Under the pieces are notes generated by a model. It had not been told where the DNA came from. It was given only the letters and a program-made list of their open reading frames with translations, and searched no databases. A stretch of 64,000 nucleotides of DNA from Planctomycetota bacterium (lineage in GTDB: Bacteria; Planctomycetota; B15-G4): contig CBDFJQ010000002.1 of the NCBI GenBank assembly GCA_965248575.1, forward strand, positions 704,001 through 768,000, given 5' to 3'. The first letter of the stretch is position 1; each line of letters opens with the position of its first letter. The position numbers and the translations under genes were made by a program. Shown here piece after piece: positions 17,169 to 25,913 of the stretch.

Positions 17169-18977
17169 TTGTCTTCGACGCCTGACCAAATCGACGCCAG
17201 CAACGCCGATGGGCCGGGGCTTCCAGCGGCTGGGCTGCACCGCTTGGAAGGTGAGGCGAGGCGCGGGCGGCGAGCGCCCTGGCTGTTCGTGCTGGGGCTC
17301 GTGCTGCTCGCAGTTGTCGGTGGGGCAGGCGCCTGGGTCGGCCTGACGGATCCCTTTGGCAGCCCGGTCGTGCAGGCGGTTCCTCCTGCGCATGCCGAGA
17401 ACCTGCTGGGTAACGCGTGGTCCTTCGAGACGACGGAGGACAGCAGCCCCAGTGTTCACTGGCTGGTGCCGGAGGAGGCTCCGCGCGGTTTCCAGTTCGG
17501 CGCCACTGGGGCGGTGTCCGGCGAGTCGGCCGCTCGGGCCCTGGCACCGGGTGACGGCCAGGAACTATGGGCACGCATCCTGAGCAGTGACAGCTTCAGG
17601 ATTCCGTCTGGCGGCGGCTGGCTGCAATGCAGCGCGCAGGCGCAGGGTGAGGGACTGTCGCTGATGATCCGTTTCCTCCGCGATCGGAGCCCGCTGTTCG
17701 ACGTCGTGGTGGCGTCCAGCCAAGGGGCTGGCTCCAGTCAACTGCTGGGATTCGTACGGCCGCCACCTGGTGCCACGCGCTTTCAAGTGGGCCTGAGCGC
17801 TCTGGGCGAGGCCACGGTGGACGACATCGACGTCCGCTTCTTGAGCCAGCGGGAGAACCCAAACGAGGACCCGAACCAACACACTAGGCGGGGTCTGTTC
17901 ACGCTGCTCACCCAGGACCCCCCCGGGATGACGATCTTCAGGGGGGAGGAACTCGTCGTGCGCGTAGAGCCTCCCAGCGTGCGCTCGCCGACGGGGCTCC
18001 TGTTGCCCGCCAGCGTTGCCTCCCTGCTGTCGACCTCTGAAGTGGCTGGTGTGGGTGGGGTGCGCGTCCCCATATCCACGAAACTGCGCTCGGAAGGTCG
18101 ACAGTTGATCCTCGAAGAACACCTGACCCAGTTGCGGAGCGATTGGTCCGTGACGCATGACGTGCGTGTCACGGGATCACTCGCCAGCAGTTCGTTGGGG
18201 ATCCGATCGGCGCGGGGTTTCGAGAGCTTCGGCGGGGACTTTCGGGTGGACGGCGTGGAGGCCTTGTTGCTGGGAAGCACACAGGATCGCCTCGTCCTGG
18301 CCCTCGGGGTTCCCTTCACGGTCTCGGCGACCCACTCGAATGAAGGAACGGTGTCGCTTCGACTGGAAGTGCTCAGTGGACTTCGGAGCGAGTGGGGCAA
18401 CGGGAACATGCAGTTGGACGTGAGTGTCCAAGCTGAGTTCCAGGAGGAGCGGGTCGCTGCGGCCCAGCTCCGGGATTCAGCCTCAGCCCACGAGGCCGCA
18501 GACCGCCTCGGGGCCGCCCTCGCCGACATCGAGCTGTTGGTCGCCGACTACCCCTACGACGAAGTGGTGCTGGGCGTCGCCTTGGAAGCGCGTGGTCGAA
18601 TCCAGGGGATCATGCAAGCGCAGCTGGATGTCCTGGACGCGGAGCTGGAAGACGCGCTCTTCCTGGGGAGTGCCGGCCGTTGCCGTGAGGTGATGGCGGC
18701 AGCGCAACGACAGGCGTTTCGTTTTCAGGGCAGTGAAGGGGAGCAGCGTTTCCTGGAGCGGGCCGATGTGGTGGGGCGACGGGCCCAGCGACTCTTGAGT
18801 GCGGACGTCGAGCGACGGCGTCAGCGTATCGAGGCCCTGGCGCAGTCGTTTGCGGAGCATGGGAGTTATCCCCTGGTCGCCCAGGAACTGCAGGACTACC
18901 TCAGGCTGCACATGGCAGCCCCTGCAGACGAGGCTTCCGGTGCCGGTAACGGTACCGGTGCAGAGGGAAGCCCATGA
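17169..18977 (+). CDS. Membrane-anchored hypothetical protein, first gene of the pilin cluster
   Basis: 602-aa ORF: single N-terminal TM, then a beta-rich segment starting ENLLGNAWSFE (resembles carbohydrate-binding-module starts) and a helical C-terminus. Stop overlaps the pilM-like start. Confidence 0.7.
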   Translation: MSSTPDQIDASNADGPGLPAAGLHRLEGEARRGRRAPWLFVLGLVLLAVVGGAGAWVGLTDPFGSPVVQAVPPAHAENLLGNAWSFETTEDSSPSVHWLVPEEAPRGFQFGATGAVSGESAARALAPGDGQELWARILSSDSFRIPSGGGWLQCSAQAQGEGLSLMIRFLRDRSPLFDVVVASSQGAGSSQLLGFVRPPPGATRFQVGLSALGEATVDDIDVRFLSQRENPNEDPNQHTRRGLFTLLTQDPPGMTIFRGEELVVRVEPPSVRSPTGLLLPASVASLLSTSEVAGVGGVRVPISTKLRSEGRQLILEEHLTQLRSDWSVTHDVRVTGSLASSSLGIRSARGFESFGGDFRVDGVEALLLGSTQDRLVLALGVPFTVSATHSNEGTVSLRLEVLSGLRSEWGNGNMQLDVSVQAEFQEERVAAAQLRDSASAHEAADRLGAALADIELLVADYPYDEVVLGVALEARGRIQGIMQAQLDVLDAELEDALFLGSAGRCREVMAAAQRQAFRFQGSEGEQRFLERADVVGRRAQRLLSADVERRRQRIEALAQSFAEHGSYPLVAQELQDYLRLHMAAPADEASGAGNGTGAEGSP

Positions 18978-20608
18978 GTTCGCGCGTGATCGGATTGGAC
19001 CTGGGAGGGGACACCGCGCGGCTCGTGGAAGGGCGACTGCACAAGGGCGCCTTCGAGCTTCATCGTGCCACGGCCGTGCCCGTGCATGACCTGGCAGCGA
19101 GTGTCGCGAGCCTGGGGCTCAAGGGCTTGCCGGTCGCTGTCGGGGTCACCGGACGCGACATGATCTTGCGCACGACGCAGGTGCCTCCCGTGCCGCTCTG
19201 GCAGGTGCGCGAACTGATCTCCTACGAAGTGGAAGACATCGCGGAGCAGTCTGGCGACTCCCTGCGTGCTGACTTCAATCTGCTCAACGGCGCCGCGGCC
19301 TACAGTGACGATGATCTGGCGCTGATCGCCCTCGTGCGCAGCTCCCATATCGAGCAGCGTTCGGTGCTGCTCAAGGCGGCTGGGTTGAGGGTGACGGGCT
19401 TCACACCCAATGCCGTGGCGCTCTACAACGCCGTCGTGGCCACGGATGGTGGCGAGGGCGCCGTGCTCGCCGTCAACTTGCGCGGACAACACACGGATGT
19501 CGCCCTGATCCAGGATGGCGACCTGCTCTTCGCACGCAACCTGGCGGGTGGGGGCGACACCCTCAGCCAAGCCATTTCTGACAGCCTGCGGGTGGAGCTT
19601 GCCGTGGCTGAACAGGCCAAGCACCGCATGGGCGAGTTCAGCGTCGCGGGCCAGGAGCCAGAGGGCAGGGCAGGCGCTGTGTCGCGCGCCTTGGAGGGTG
19701 CGCAACGTCAGATCGTGGGCATGTTGCAATCGACGCTGGCCCTGGCGCGGGCCCAGATTCCGGCCCCTAACCTGGAGGTGGATCGGGTGCTGCTGAGCGG
19801 CGCCGGTGCGTCCGTTCCCGGCTTCGATCAGTCCCTTTCGCGCGTGTTGGACTTGCCGGTTTCACTCTTCGACCCCACAGAAGGCTACGTGGTGGGGGAC
19901 GCACCCGAGCTGGACCAGCACGGCCCCGACTTCGCCGTGGCCACCGGTCTCGCCATGATGGCCTTGCTGGAGGACGGCTATCGGATCCAGGTGGAGTCGG
20001 AGCGAAGCGAGGCCGGGCGCGGCTTCCGTGAGAAGACGCTCTGGCTGGCGTTGGCGGCGACGGCGCTCGTGCTTTACCTGGGCGTCTTTGCCTGGAGCAG
20101 TCGCGCTGATGCCGAGGCGGCCGAAGCAGACCGCTCCGCGCTTTCGCGCAAGGTCGAAACCAACAAGGGCGATGTGCGGGCCTATGAACGCTCGCTGGAG
20201 GCGGGGCGAGCCCTGGGATTGCAGCTGGCGGCGCTGGAGAACCTCAGTGCGCCGGGAGCCGGGCTGGTGACGGTGCTCAACTTGCTGGACGTCTATCTTC
20301 CGGAAGAGCTGTGGGTGCGGTCGGTGCGCACAGTGCGATCCGCTGACGCCGAGTTTGGCGGTGCAGGTGCCCCTCGTCCCTTCGTGGTGGTGGAGGGCCT
20401 CGGCAAGGAGCACGACCGAAATCTTGCGGACGCGGTGATCGAGATCACCACCCGCTTGCGTGACCACCCTGATGTCGCCGCGGTGCGACCCCACTTCGCA
20501 CCCGACGCCCGGGGTGACTTCGTGTTCGAGCTGCGCATCGACACCTCGGTGATCCAGCCCTCCGCAGGGGCGCAGGACGAGGCCTCGGCCTCCGGGGAGG
20601 CCGGCTGA
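18974..20608 (+). CDS. PilM-like actin-fold protein fused to a TM and PilN-like domain (GspL-type architecture)
   Basis: VIGLDLG, FARNLAGGGDTLSQAI, VLLSGAGA and FAVATGLA, then a TM and LPEELWVRSV...VEG (PilN-like). Confidence 0.8.
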   Translation: MSSRVIGLDLGGDTARLVEGRLHKGAFELHRATAVPVHDLAASVASLGLKGLPVAVGVTGRDMILRTTQVPPVPLWQVRELISYEVEDIAEQSGDSLRADFNLLNGAAAYSDDDLALIALVRSSHIEQRSVLLKAAGLRVTGFTPNAVALYNAVVATDGGEGAVLAVNLRGQHTDVALIQDGDLLFARNLAGGGDTLSQAISDSLRVELAVAEQAKHRMGEFSVAGQEPEGRAGAVSRALEGAQRQIVGMLQSTLALARAQIPAPNLEVDRVLLSGAGASVPGFDQSLSRVLDLPVSLFDPTEGYVVGDAPELDQHGPDFAVATGLAMMALLEDGYRIQVESERSEAGRGFREKTLWLALAATALVLYLGVFAWSSRADAEAAEADRSALSRKVETNKGDVRAYERSLEAGRALGLQLAALENLSAPGAGLVTVLNLLDVYLPEELWVRSVRTVRSADAEFGGAGAPRPFVVVEGLGKEHDRNLADAVIEITTRLRDHPDVAAVRPHFAPDARGDFVFELRIDTSVIQPSAGAQDEASASGEAG

Positions 20609-21378
20609 TGGAGAAGGAAGCGCGCCGGCTCCTGTTGACGGCCATCTCCTTGATCGTGCTGCTCTTCGTGGGGCGTACCGTGGTGGGAGCGCTCTGGGAC
20701 GACACGGAGTTGCGGCGCTCGGTGGATGGCCTCCGGCGCAGCCTCAGCCGGGGAGGTGAGGCCGGACGGCGTCCTGAGCGGGCGGACATGGCGGCTGCTA
20801 GAGATGTCGCTCAGCGCTTGCGCACTGAACTGGACGAGCTGTTGCCGCGCATCCACAGCGTGCGTCCCGGGGACTTCGACGTTCCCTCGGACGTCAGCCC
20901 CGACTTGCGGTACATCGAAGTGTTGCGGCGAGAACAGGACGAGTTGGTAAAGACCGCGCGCTACCTGGGCAAGAGCGTCCCTCCAGGGCTGGGCATGCCC
21001 GTGCCGAACCCCACCGGACTCGAGGATGTGTTGGCGGCGCTGCGTGCCTTGCATGTGGTTCACCTGGTGGTGGGTGCGGCGCTGGACTCAGACGTGCGCG
21101 CGGTGGATTCCATCCGCTTGCAAGCTGTGTCGCGACGGAGCGGTACCCGGGGCAGCTTCCTGACCAGGCACGCCGTGGACTTCGAACTCTCTGGCTCGCC
21201 TGGGTCTCTGCACATGCTCTTGTCAGCGCTCGTGGCGACAGAGACCTGGCTGGCCTTGGACGATGTGCGCCTGGATGTTCTCGATGAGAACGGTCAATCG
21301 GCGCGGCTCCGCCTGAGCGTTGCCTCGGTCAGCGTCGATGCCGAGCTGCTCGACGGCCTGGTGGCAGGGGGGCGCTGA
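20608..21378 (+). CDS. PilO/GspM-like protein
   Basis: N-terminal TM, coiled coil and C-terminal ferredoxin-like pattern (VDFELSGSPGSLHMLL...LALDDVRL); follows the PilM/N fusion. Confidence 0.6.
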   Translation: MEKEARRLLLTAISLIVLLFVGRTVVGALWDDTELRRSVDGLRRSLSRGGEAGRRPERADMAAARDVAQRLRTELDELLPRIHSVRPGDFDVPSDVSPDLRYIEVLRREQDELVKTARYLGKSVPPGLGMPVPNPTGLEDVLAALRALHVVHLVVGAALDSDVRAVDSIRLQAVSRRSGTRGSFLTRHAVDFELSGSPGSLHMLLSALVATETWLALDDVRLDVLDENGQSARLRLSVASVSVDAELLDGLVAGGR

Positions 21379-21379
21379 G

Positions 21380-24064
21380 ATGCCGGGTGCCCGAGAGAAG
21401 ATCCTGTTCGGCGTCTCGCTGCTGGTGTTCGCGGGCCTGGGGTTCTTGAAGCTGTCCGATGGATACCAGCGCGCCAGGGTTCCGGCGGTCGCCGGCATGC
21501 AAGGCGAAGTCTTGGCCAGCCCTGCTCATGTCAAGCTCCGGGCGGATCTGTTGGGCGACCGGGATGATGAGAATCGCGTCCGCCGTCGCTCCTCCTTCGC
21601 CCCACCCCGTGAACTGCTCCCGCTGGAGCCGTTGCTGCTCCCTGCACCGCCGATCCCGCGCCTGTCCGTCTTGGCGCCGCGCATGACGCCTGTCGCTGGC
21701 GGTGACGTGGCCCTGGACGATCGCCTGGCTGCCAGCTCCCTGGGTGGGTTGTCGCTGGGTGCCGGGGATGCAGGGCGCCTTTCAAGTGGAGTCGCCGGGC
21801 AGCCGGGAGCGGATGCGGATTCGGTGCCTGAAAGCGAGCAAGCAGAGGCCGCCGTGGACCCGGAGTTGCGCTTCGATTGGTTGGCGCGGGTGTCCATGAC
21901 TCGTCGAGTCTACGGGCGGATCCTGAACGGGGACCCGCTCGGGCTCGGGGAACGATCCGCTGAAGATCTCGTGTTCCAGGACGTTTCGCTGCGCACCGGG
22001 GGCAGCGTGGGCGTTCCCTATTCCATCCTTCGCAGCGATGTCTTGGAGTTCGGTTTCGCGCGTAACTTCGAGAACACCTATCAGCTGGAGAGCCGGTCCT
22101 TGGGTTCGGGGCCGGGGGCTGTGCGCGCACGCATGGAACTCAGCATGAGTTTGTTGGCCTCCGCGGGCCGTGAAGCCCGTGGCCTGGAGTTCGCCCTCGC
22201 CGAAGCGCGCCTCGCGCTGGAGGCCGGCCGACGTGACAACACGGCAGCCCGTCTGGTAGCGCGTCTCTGCGCTCGGGTTCATGACGTGGAGGGTGAGCTC
22301 GCGGTGTATCGCTCCGCTGTGGATGGCGCATGGATCGACGATGCGCTGATGTGCGACTACGCCCGCTTCGTCCTGAACATGGGCTTGCCAGAGCGGGCTT
22401 CGGAGTTGGTGGAGCAAGCACGTCGCTTGAGGCCCGTGTCCGCGGAGGTGCGCGGCCTGACGGGCGAGATGTTGCTGAGCGCCGGACAGGTCGAGCAGGC
22501 CCTGGTCATGCTGCGCTCAGCAGATCAGGTGCCCTTCCAGCCACCCTTCGAGGACCTGCAGCGCACCCAGCTCGTGTTGACGATCGGTCGCGCGGAGCTG
22601 GCAGCGGGTCGTGCACGGGAAGCGCTGCGGGCTGCCCAGCGGGTCCTGCTGAACGAGCCGGGGGATGTGGGTGCGTTGGCGCTTTCCGGCTCGGCTCACG
22701 CGGCCCTCCAGAACCTGGAGGCAGCAGCGGCGGCCTATGCGGAAGCGATCGCCGCAGAACCGGGCGATGGGGAATTGCTCCGGAACGCCGGCTTGGTGGC
22801 CTGGCGACAGGGCGACGGGGCGGCGGCACGACGCCTGCTCCTGCGCGCCATCGACCAGGACCCCCTGAACAGCGCCGCGCCCCTGCTGGCCTTGGGCTTC
22901 CTGCACGAAGACGCCGGTCAGCCGGAGGCGGCCAGGGAACTCTATGCCGAAGCCCTCAGTGTCAGCCCCGCCTCCGTGGATGGGCTGTACCGGATGGGGC
23001 GGCACCAACGCCTGGCTGGGGACACGGACTCTGCAGGGACGACCCTGCGCAGCGCCCTGCGTCTCGGTGGACCGGAGCTGCTCCTGCTTTCCGAGTTGGG
23101 TCGAGCGGCCATGGAGCGAGATGAACCCGCATTGGCCACGCGCTACTTCAGGGAAGCCCTGCGTCTCGAGCCGGAGAACCCTGAGGTTTTGTGGCTCAAG
23201 GGGCTTGCCGAACTCCAGGCAGGCGACCTGAGCAGCGCGCTGGAGAGCTTGGATCGAGCCACGATTCACGGCGCCGAGGGCGCTCATGTGGGCCTGGGGG
23301 TGGCGCTGTATCAACGGGGTGACGCCGGTGACGTCGACGCTGCGTTGGACCATCTCGATGAAGTGGAACGTGCGTTTGCTGGGCGGCCGGAATCGGCGCA
23401 GGCGGCCTACGCCAGCGCTCAGGCCGTCGCCATCCGAGACAACCTCGCCAAGCGTCAGTGGGTTGACGGCTTCGGACGTTCGAGTCTCCAGCGCGGCTGG
23501 ACCGAGCAGCAGTGGGAGGGCAGCCCGCGTGTCTTGCTGCTCGGCGAGGGCGTGAACATCCAAGGTCGCATGGAGCGTCCGCGAACCGACGAGCAGCCTG
23601 GCATCGCCAGGGTGCTGGACGGCCGGGGCTTCGTGTCGGTGGGTGCGAGCATGCAGGCCACAGTGAGTGGCGACTCGCGTTTCGGCCTGGCGCTCACCTA
23701 TCGGCAGGTGAAGGGTCAGCGAGGGCGCTTGCCGAAGGCGCGACTCGAGATCTGGGTCGACAGCGAGGGCTTGCTCCGGCTGAGTGCCTTGGACAACTTC
23801 GACACGGTGCTTCTCGACTCGCTTGAGGTACCGGGCATCCGGCTACCAACCGGCGGCTCCGTACGCCTGGGCGTGGAGCGCCTGGATGATGTCACTGGGC
23901 GTTTCCAGTTCCTCGTGGATGGTCGAGCCGTGGGCGAGCCTGTGGCCCTGAAGTCCCTGCGCAACTTCAAGAGCATGTTCGACCTGGAGGTGTTCGGGGA
24001 CGCGGCCCCGGGTCGCAGCGTGGACGTGACGGTCCACGACGTGCGCATCGTGAGGCTGCTGTGA
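21380..24064 (+). CDS. Membrane-anchored multi-TPR protein with C-terminal beta-sandwich domain
   Basis: N-terminal TM, many TPR-like repeats (e.g. ALATRYFREALRLEPENPEVLWLKGLA) and a beta-rich C-terminus. Start ATG 21380. Confidence 0.8.
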   Translation: MPGAREKILFGVSLLVFAGLGFLKLSDGYQRARVPAVAGMQGEVLASPAHVKLRADLLGDRDDENRVRRRSSFAPPRELLPLEPLLLPAPPIPRLSVLAPRMTPVAGGDVALDDRLAASSLGGLSLGAGDAGRLSSGVAGQPGADADSVPESEQAEAAVDPELRFDWLARVSMTRRVYGRILNGDPLGLGERSAEDLVFQDVSLRTGGSVGVPYSILRSDVLEFGFARNFENTYQLESRSLGSGPGAVRARMELSMSLLASAGREARGLEFALAEARLALEAGRRDNTAARLVARLCARVHDVEGELAVYRSAVDGAWIDDALMCDYARFVLNMGLPERASELVEQARRLRPVSAEVRGLTGEMLLSAGQVEQALVMLRSADQVPFQPPFEDLQRTQLVLTIGRAELAAGRAREALRAAQRVLLNEPGDVGALALSGSAHAALQNLEAAAAAYAEAIAAEPGDGELLRNAGLVAWRQGDGAAARRLLLRAIDQDPLNSAAPLLALGFLHEDAGQPEAARELYAEALSVSPASVDGLYRMGRHQRLAGDTDSAGTTLRSALRLGGPELLLLSELGRAAMERDEPALATRYFREALRLEPENPEVLWLKGLAELQAGDLSSALESLDRATIHGAEGAHVGLGVALYQRGDAGDVDAALDHLDEVERAFAGRPESAQAAYASAQAVAIRDNLAKRQWVDGFGRSSLQRGWTEQQWEGSPRVLLLGEGVNIQGRMERPRTDEQPGIARVLDGRGFVSVGASMQATVSGDSRFGLALTYRQVKGQRGRLPKARLEIWVDSEGLLRLSALDNFDTVLLDSLEVPGIRLPTGGSVRLGVERLDDVTGRFQFLVDGRAVGEPVALKSLRNFKSMFDLEVFGDAAPGRSVDVTVHDVRIVRLL

Positions 24065-24768
24065 TGAGGCCAGGACGGCTAGGGACACCGGGCAGGACGG
24101 GCATGAGCGGCTTTTCGCTGGTGGAGATCCTCGTCGTCATCACCTTGATCGGGCTGCTCATGGGCTTCGCCGTGCTCGCGCTGGGGCGGCACGCCGAGGC
24201 GGGGCGCGAGACCGATTGCCGGGCTCGCGTCGAGGCGCTCTCGCTGATGGTGGAGAGTTATGCGGATCGCACGGGCGGCTATCCCCCAAGTCGCCTTGCA
24301 GACCTTGGTGTGAGGGACGCCAATGTCGTCAACGAGGGCATCGAGGCCTTGGCCGTCGCCCTACGCCACCGCGACTACGCAGGGAAACGTCCCGAGGAGC
24401 GTTGGTTCGGGAATCATGACGGCGACCGCTCGCCCTCACTCCACGCGGCTGACGGGTCGACGGCGCTGCTGGAGTTGCTGGACCCGTGGGACAACCCGTT
24501 CTTCTATGTGATGAACGAGGGCTATGGCGGCAGCGCCCTGCTGCGCTTGGATTCAGGCGCCGGGTTGGAGGACGTGGAGGCCAGGGCTCTCAAGAATCCC
24601 CTGACCGGGGCGTACCACCGCTTCGACGGCTTCCAGTTGCGCTCAGCGGGGGCCGACGGCGTGCTCGAGACCGAGGATGACATCGCCAACTTCGACATCT
24701 CCCTGGCGAGCCCGTCTGGTACGCCGGAGCTACCTGGAGCGGATGGCTCCGCGGTGCGCGACCGGTGA
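24061..24768 (+). CDS. GspG-like major pseudopilin (prepilin-type N-terminus)
   Basis: G|FSLVEILVVITLIGLL cleavage/methylation motif, Y....GGYP, DPWDNPFFY and FQLRSAGADG..ETEDDIAN (T2SS G-type C-terminus). Confidence 0.85.
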   Translation: MMRPGRLGTPGRTGMSGFSLVEILVVITLIGLLMGFAVLALGRHAEAGRETDCRARVEALSLMVESYADRTGGYPPSRLADLGVRDANVVNEGIEALAVALRHRDYAGKRPEERWFGNHDGDRSPSLHAADGSTALLELLDPWDNPFFYVMNEGYGGSALLRLDSGAGLEDVEARALKNPLTGAYHRFDGFQLRSAGADGVLETEDDIANFDISLASPSGTPELPGADGSAVRDR

Positions 24769-25913
24769 ACAGACGCGGGCAGCCTGCGCGCGGCTTCACC
24801 CTGCTTGAGCTGTTGGTGGTGATGGCTGTCCTGTCGGCGCTGTTCGGGCTGGGCGTGGGTGCCTTCCGCAGCTTCTCCCGGCCCGAACGGACGGCCATGC
24901 ATCAGGTGAAGGACGCCCTTCGAACGGTCAGACTCGTGGCCCAGGCTGAAGGGGCGGTGGCCGAGCTGAGCGTGCTTCCCGCGCGCGGACAGATCATCAC
25001 GAGCGCCCTGCGCACCGTGGGTAACTGGCACTTCGAGACACTCGCGGGCAGCGGTTGGCCGGTGGATGCGCGTCACGAAGGAGCGCGCCTGGTTTCGGGC
25101 GCGGAGGCGACCGCCGTGCCGCGGCTCGGACAAGCGCTGGAGCTGCGCGAGGGCGCCATCCTGCGCCTGGAGGACCTGCCTCCCAGTTTCGATTCGCCCT
25201 ACGGTTTCGGGCTGGATGTGTTCCTGCAGCCCGCGTCGGATGGACGCCCCATGACCGTGCTGGAACGGCCGGGCTCATGGGTCGTCGAACTCAGCTCCGA
25301 GCGGGTTCTGCGGGTGCGGCTGATGTTGGAGTCGGATGCCGTGCCCCAACAGGCTGACCGGCCGGCGCCTGTCGCTGGCGCCGAGCGAGTCGCTCAAGAG
25401 CCAGCTCCCACCGGGCGGGAGTGGCTCGCCGACATTCCGGAGGTGGTCCTGCCCAGCGACCGCATGGCGCGTCTGTCTGTTCGCTTCGATGGGCGCGCCC
25501 TGAGCGTGAGCCTGAACGGTGCCCGCCGTCAGTTGGATGGTGCTTTTGGGCGCCCTCGGCGGCTCGTGACTGTCCCCGGGGTTCCGATCAGTACGGGTGC
25601 GGCAGGCCGTCAGTTCAGGGGTGTCATGGACGAACTTCGCCTGGCCAGCGTGCGTCGGGGGGCTGCGCGGGATCTGCCTGTGGACGTAGCGCTGGAGGGA
25701 GAGGACTTCCAGGTGCATGTGGACGCGTTCGGGCACCTCGACCCCGCGTGGCATGGCGCCCCCGCCCGCATCGCGTTCACGTTCGGAGAGCCACAGCGGC
25801 GAACCGTGGTGGAGATGGGATTACTGGGTGGTGTGCGCTCCTGGGATGAAGCCGTCGTGGCCCCGGGCTCGGAAGAGGGCGAGCAGAGCGTGACGAATGG
25901 GGACCCGCCGTGA
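24765..25913 (+). CDS. Minor pseudopilin (H-like) with LamG-like domain
   Basis: G|FTLLELLVVMAVL; VGNWHFE...FRGVMDELRL LamG-type pattern. Confidence 0.78.
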   Translation: MNRRGQPARGFTLLELLVVMAVLSALFGLGVGAFRSFSRPERTAMHQVKDALRTVRLVAQAEGAVAELSVLPARGQIITSALRTVGNWHFETLAGSGWPVDARHEGARLVSGAEATAVPRLGQALELREGAILRLEDLPPSFDSPYGFGLDVFLQPASDGRPMTVLERPGSWVVELSSERVLRVRLMLESDAVPQQADRPAPVAGAERVAQEPAPTGREWLADIPEVVLPSDRMARLSVRFDGRALSVSLNGARRQLDGAFGRPRRLVTVPGVPISTGAAGRQFRGVMDELRLASVRRGAARDLPVDVALEGEDFQVHVDAFGHLDPAWHGAPARIAFTFGEPQRRTVVEMGLLGGVRSWDEAVVAPGSEEGEQSVTNGDPP

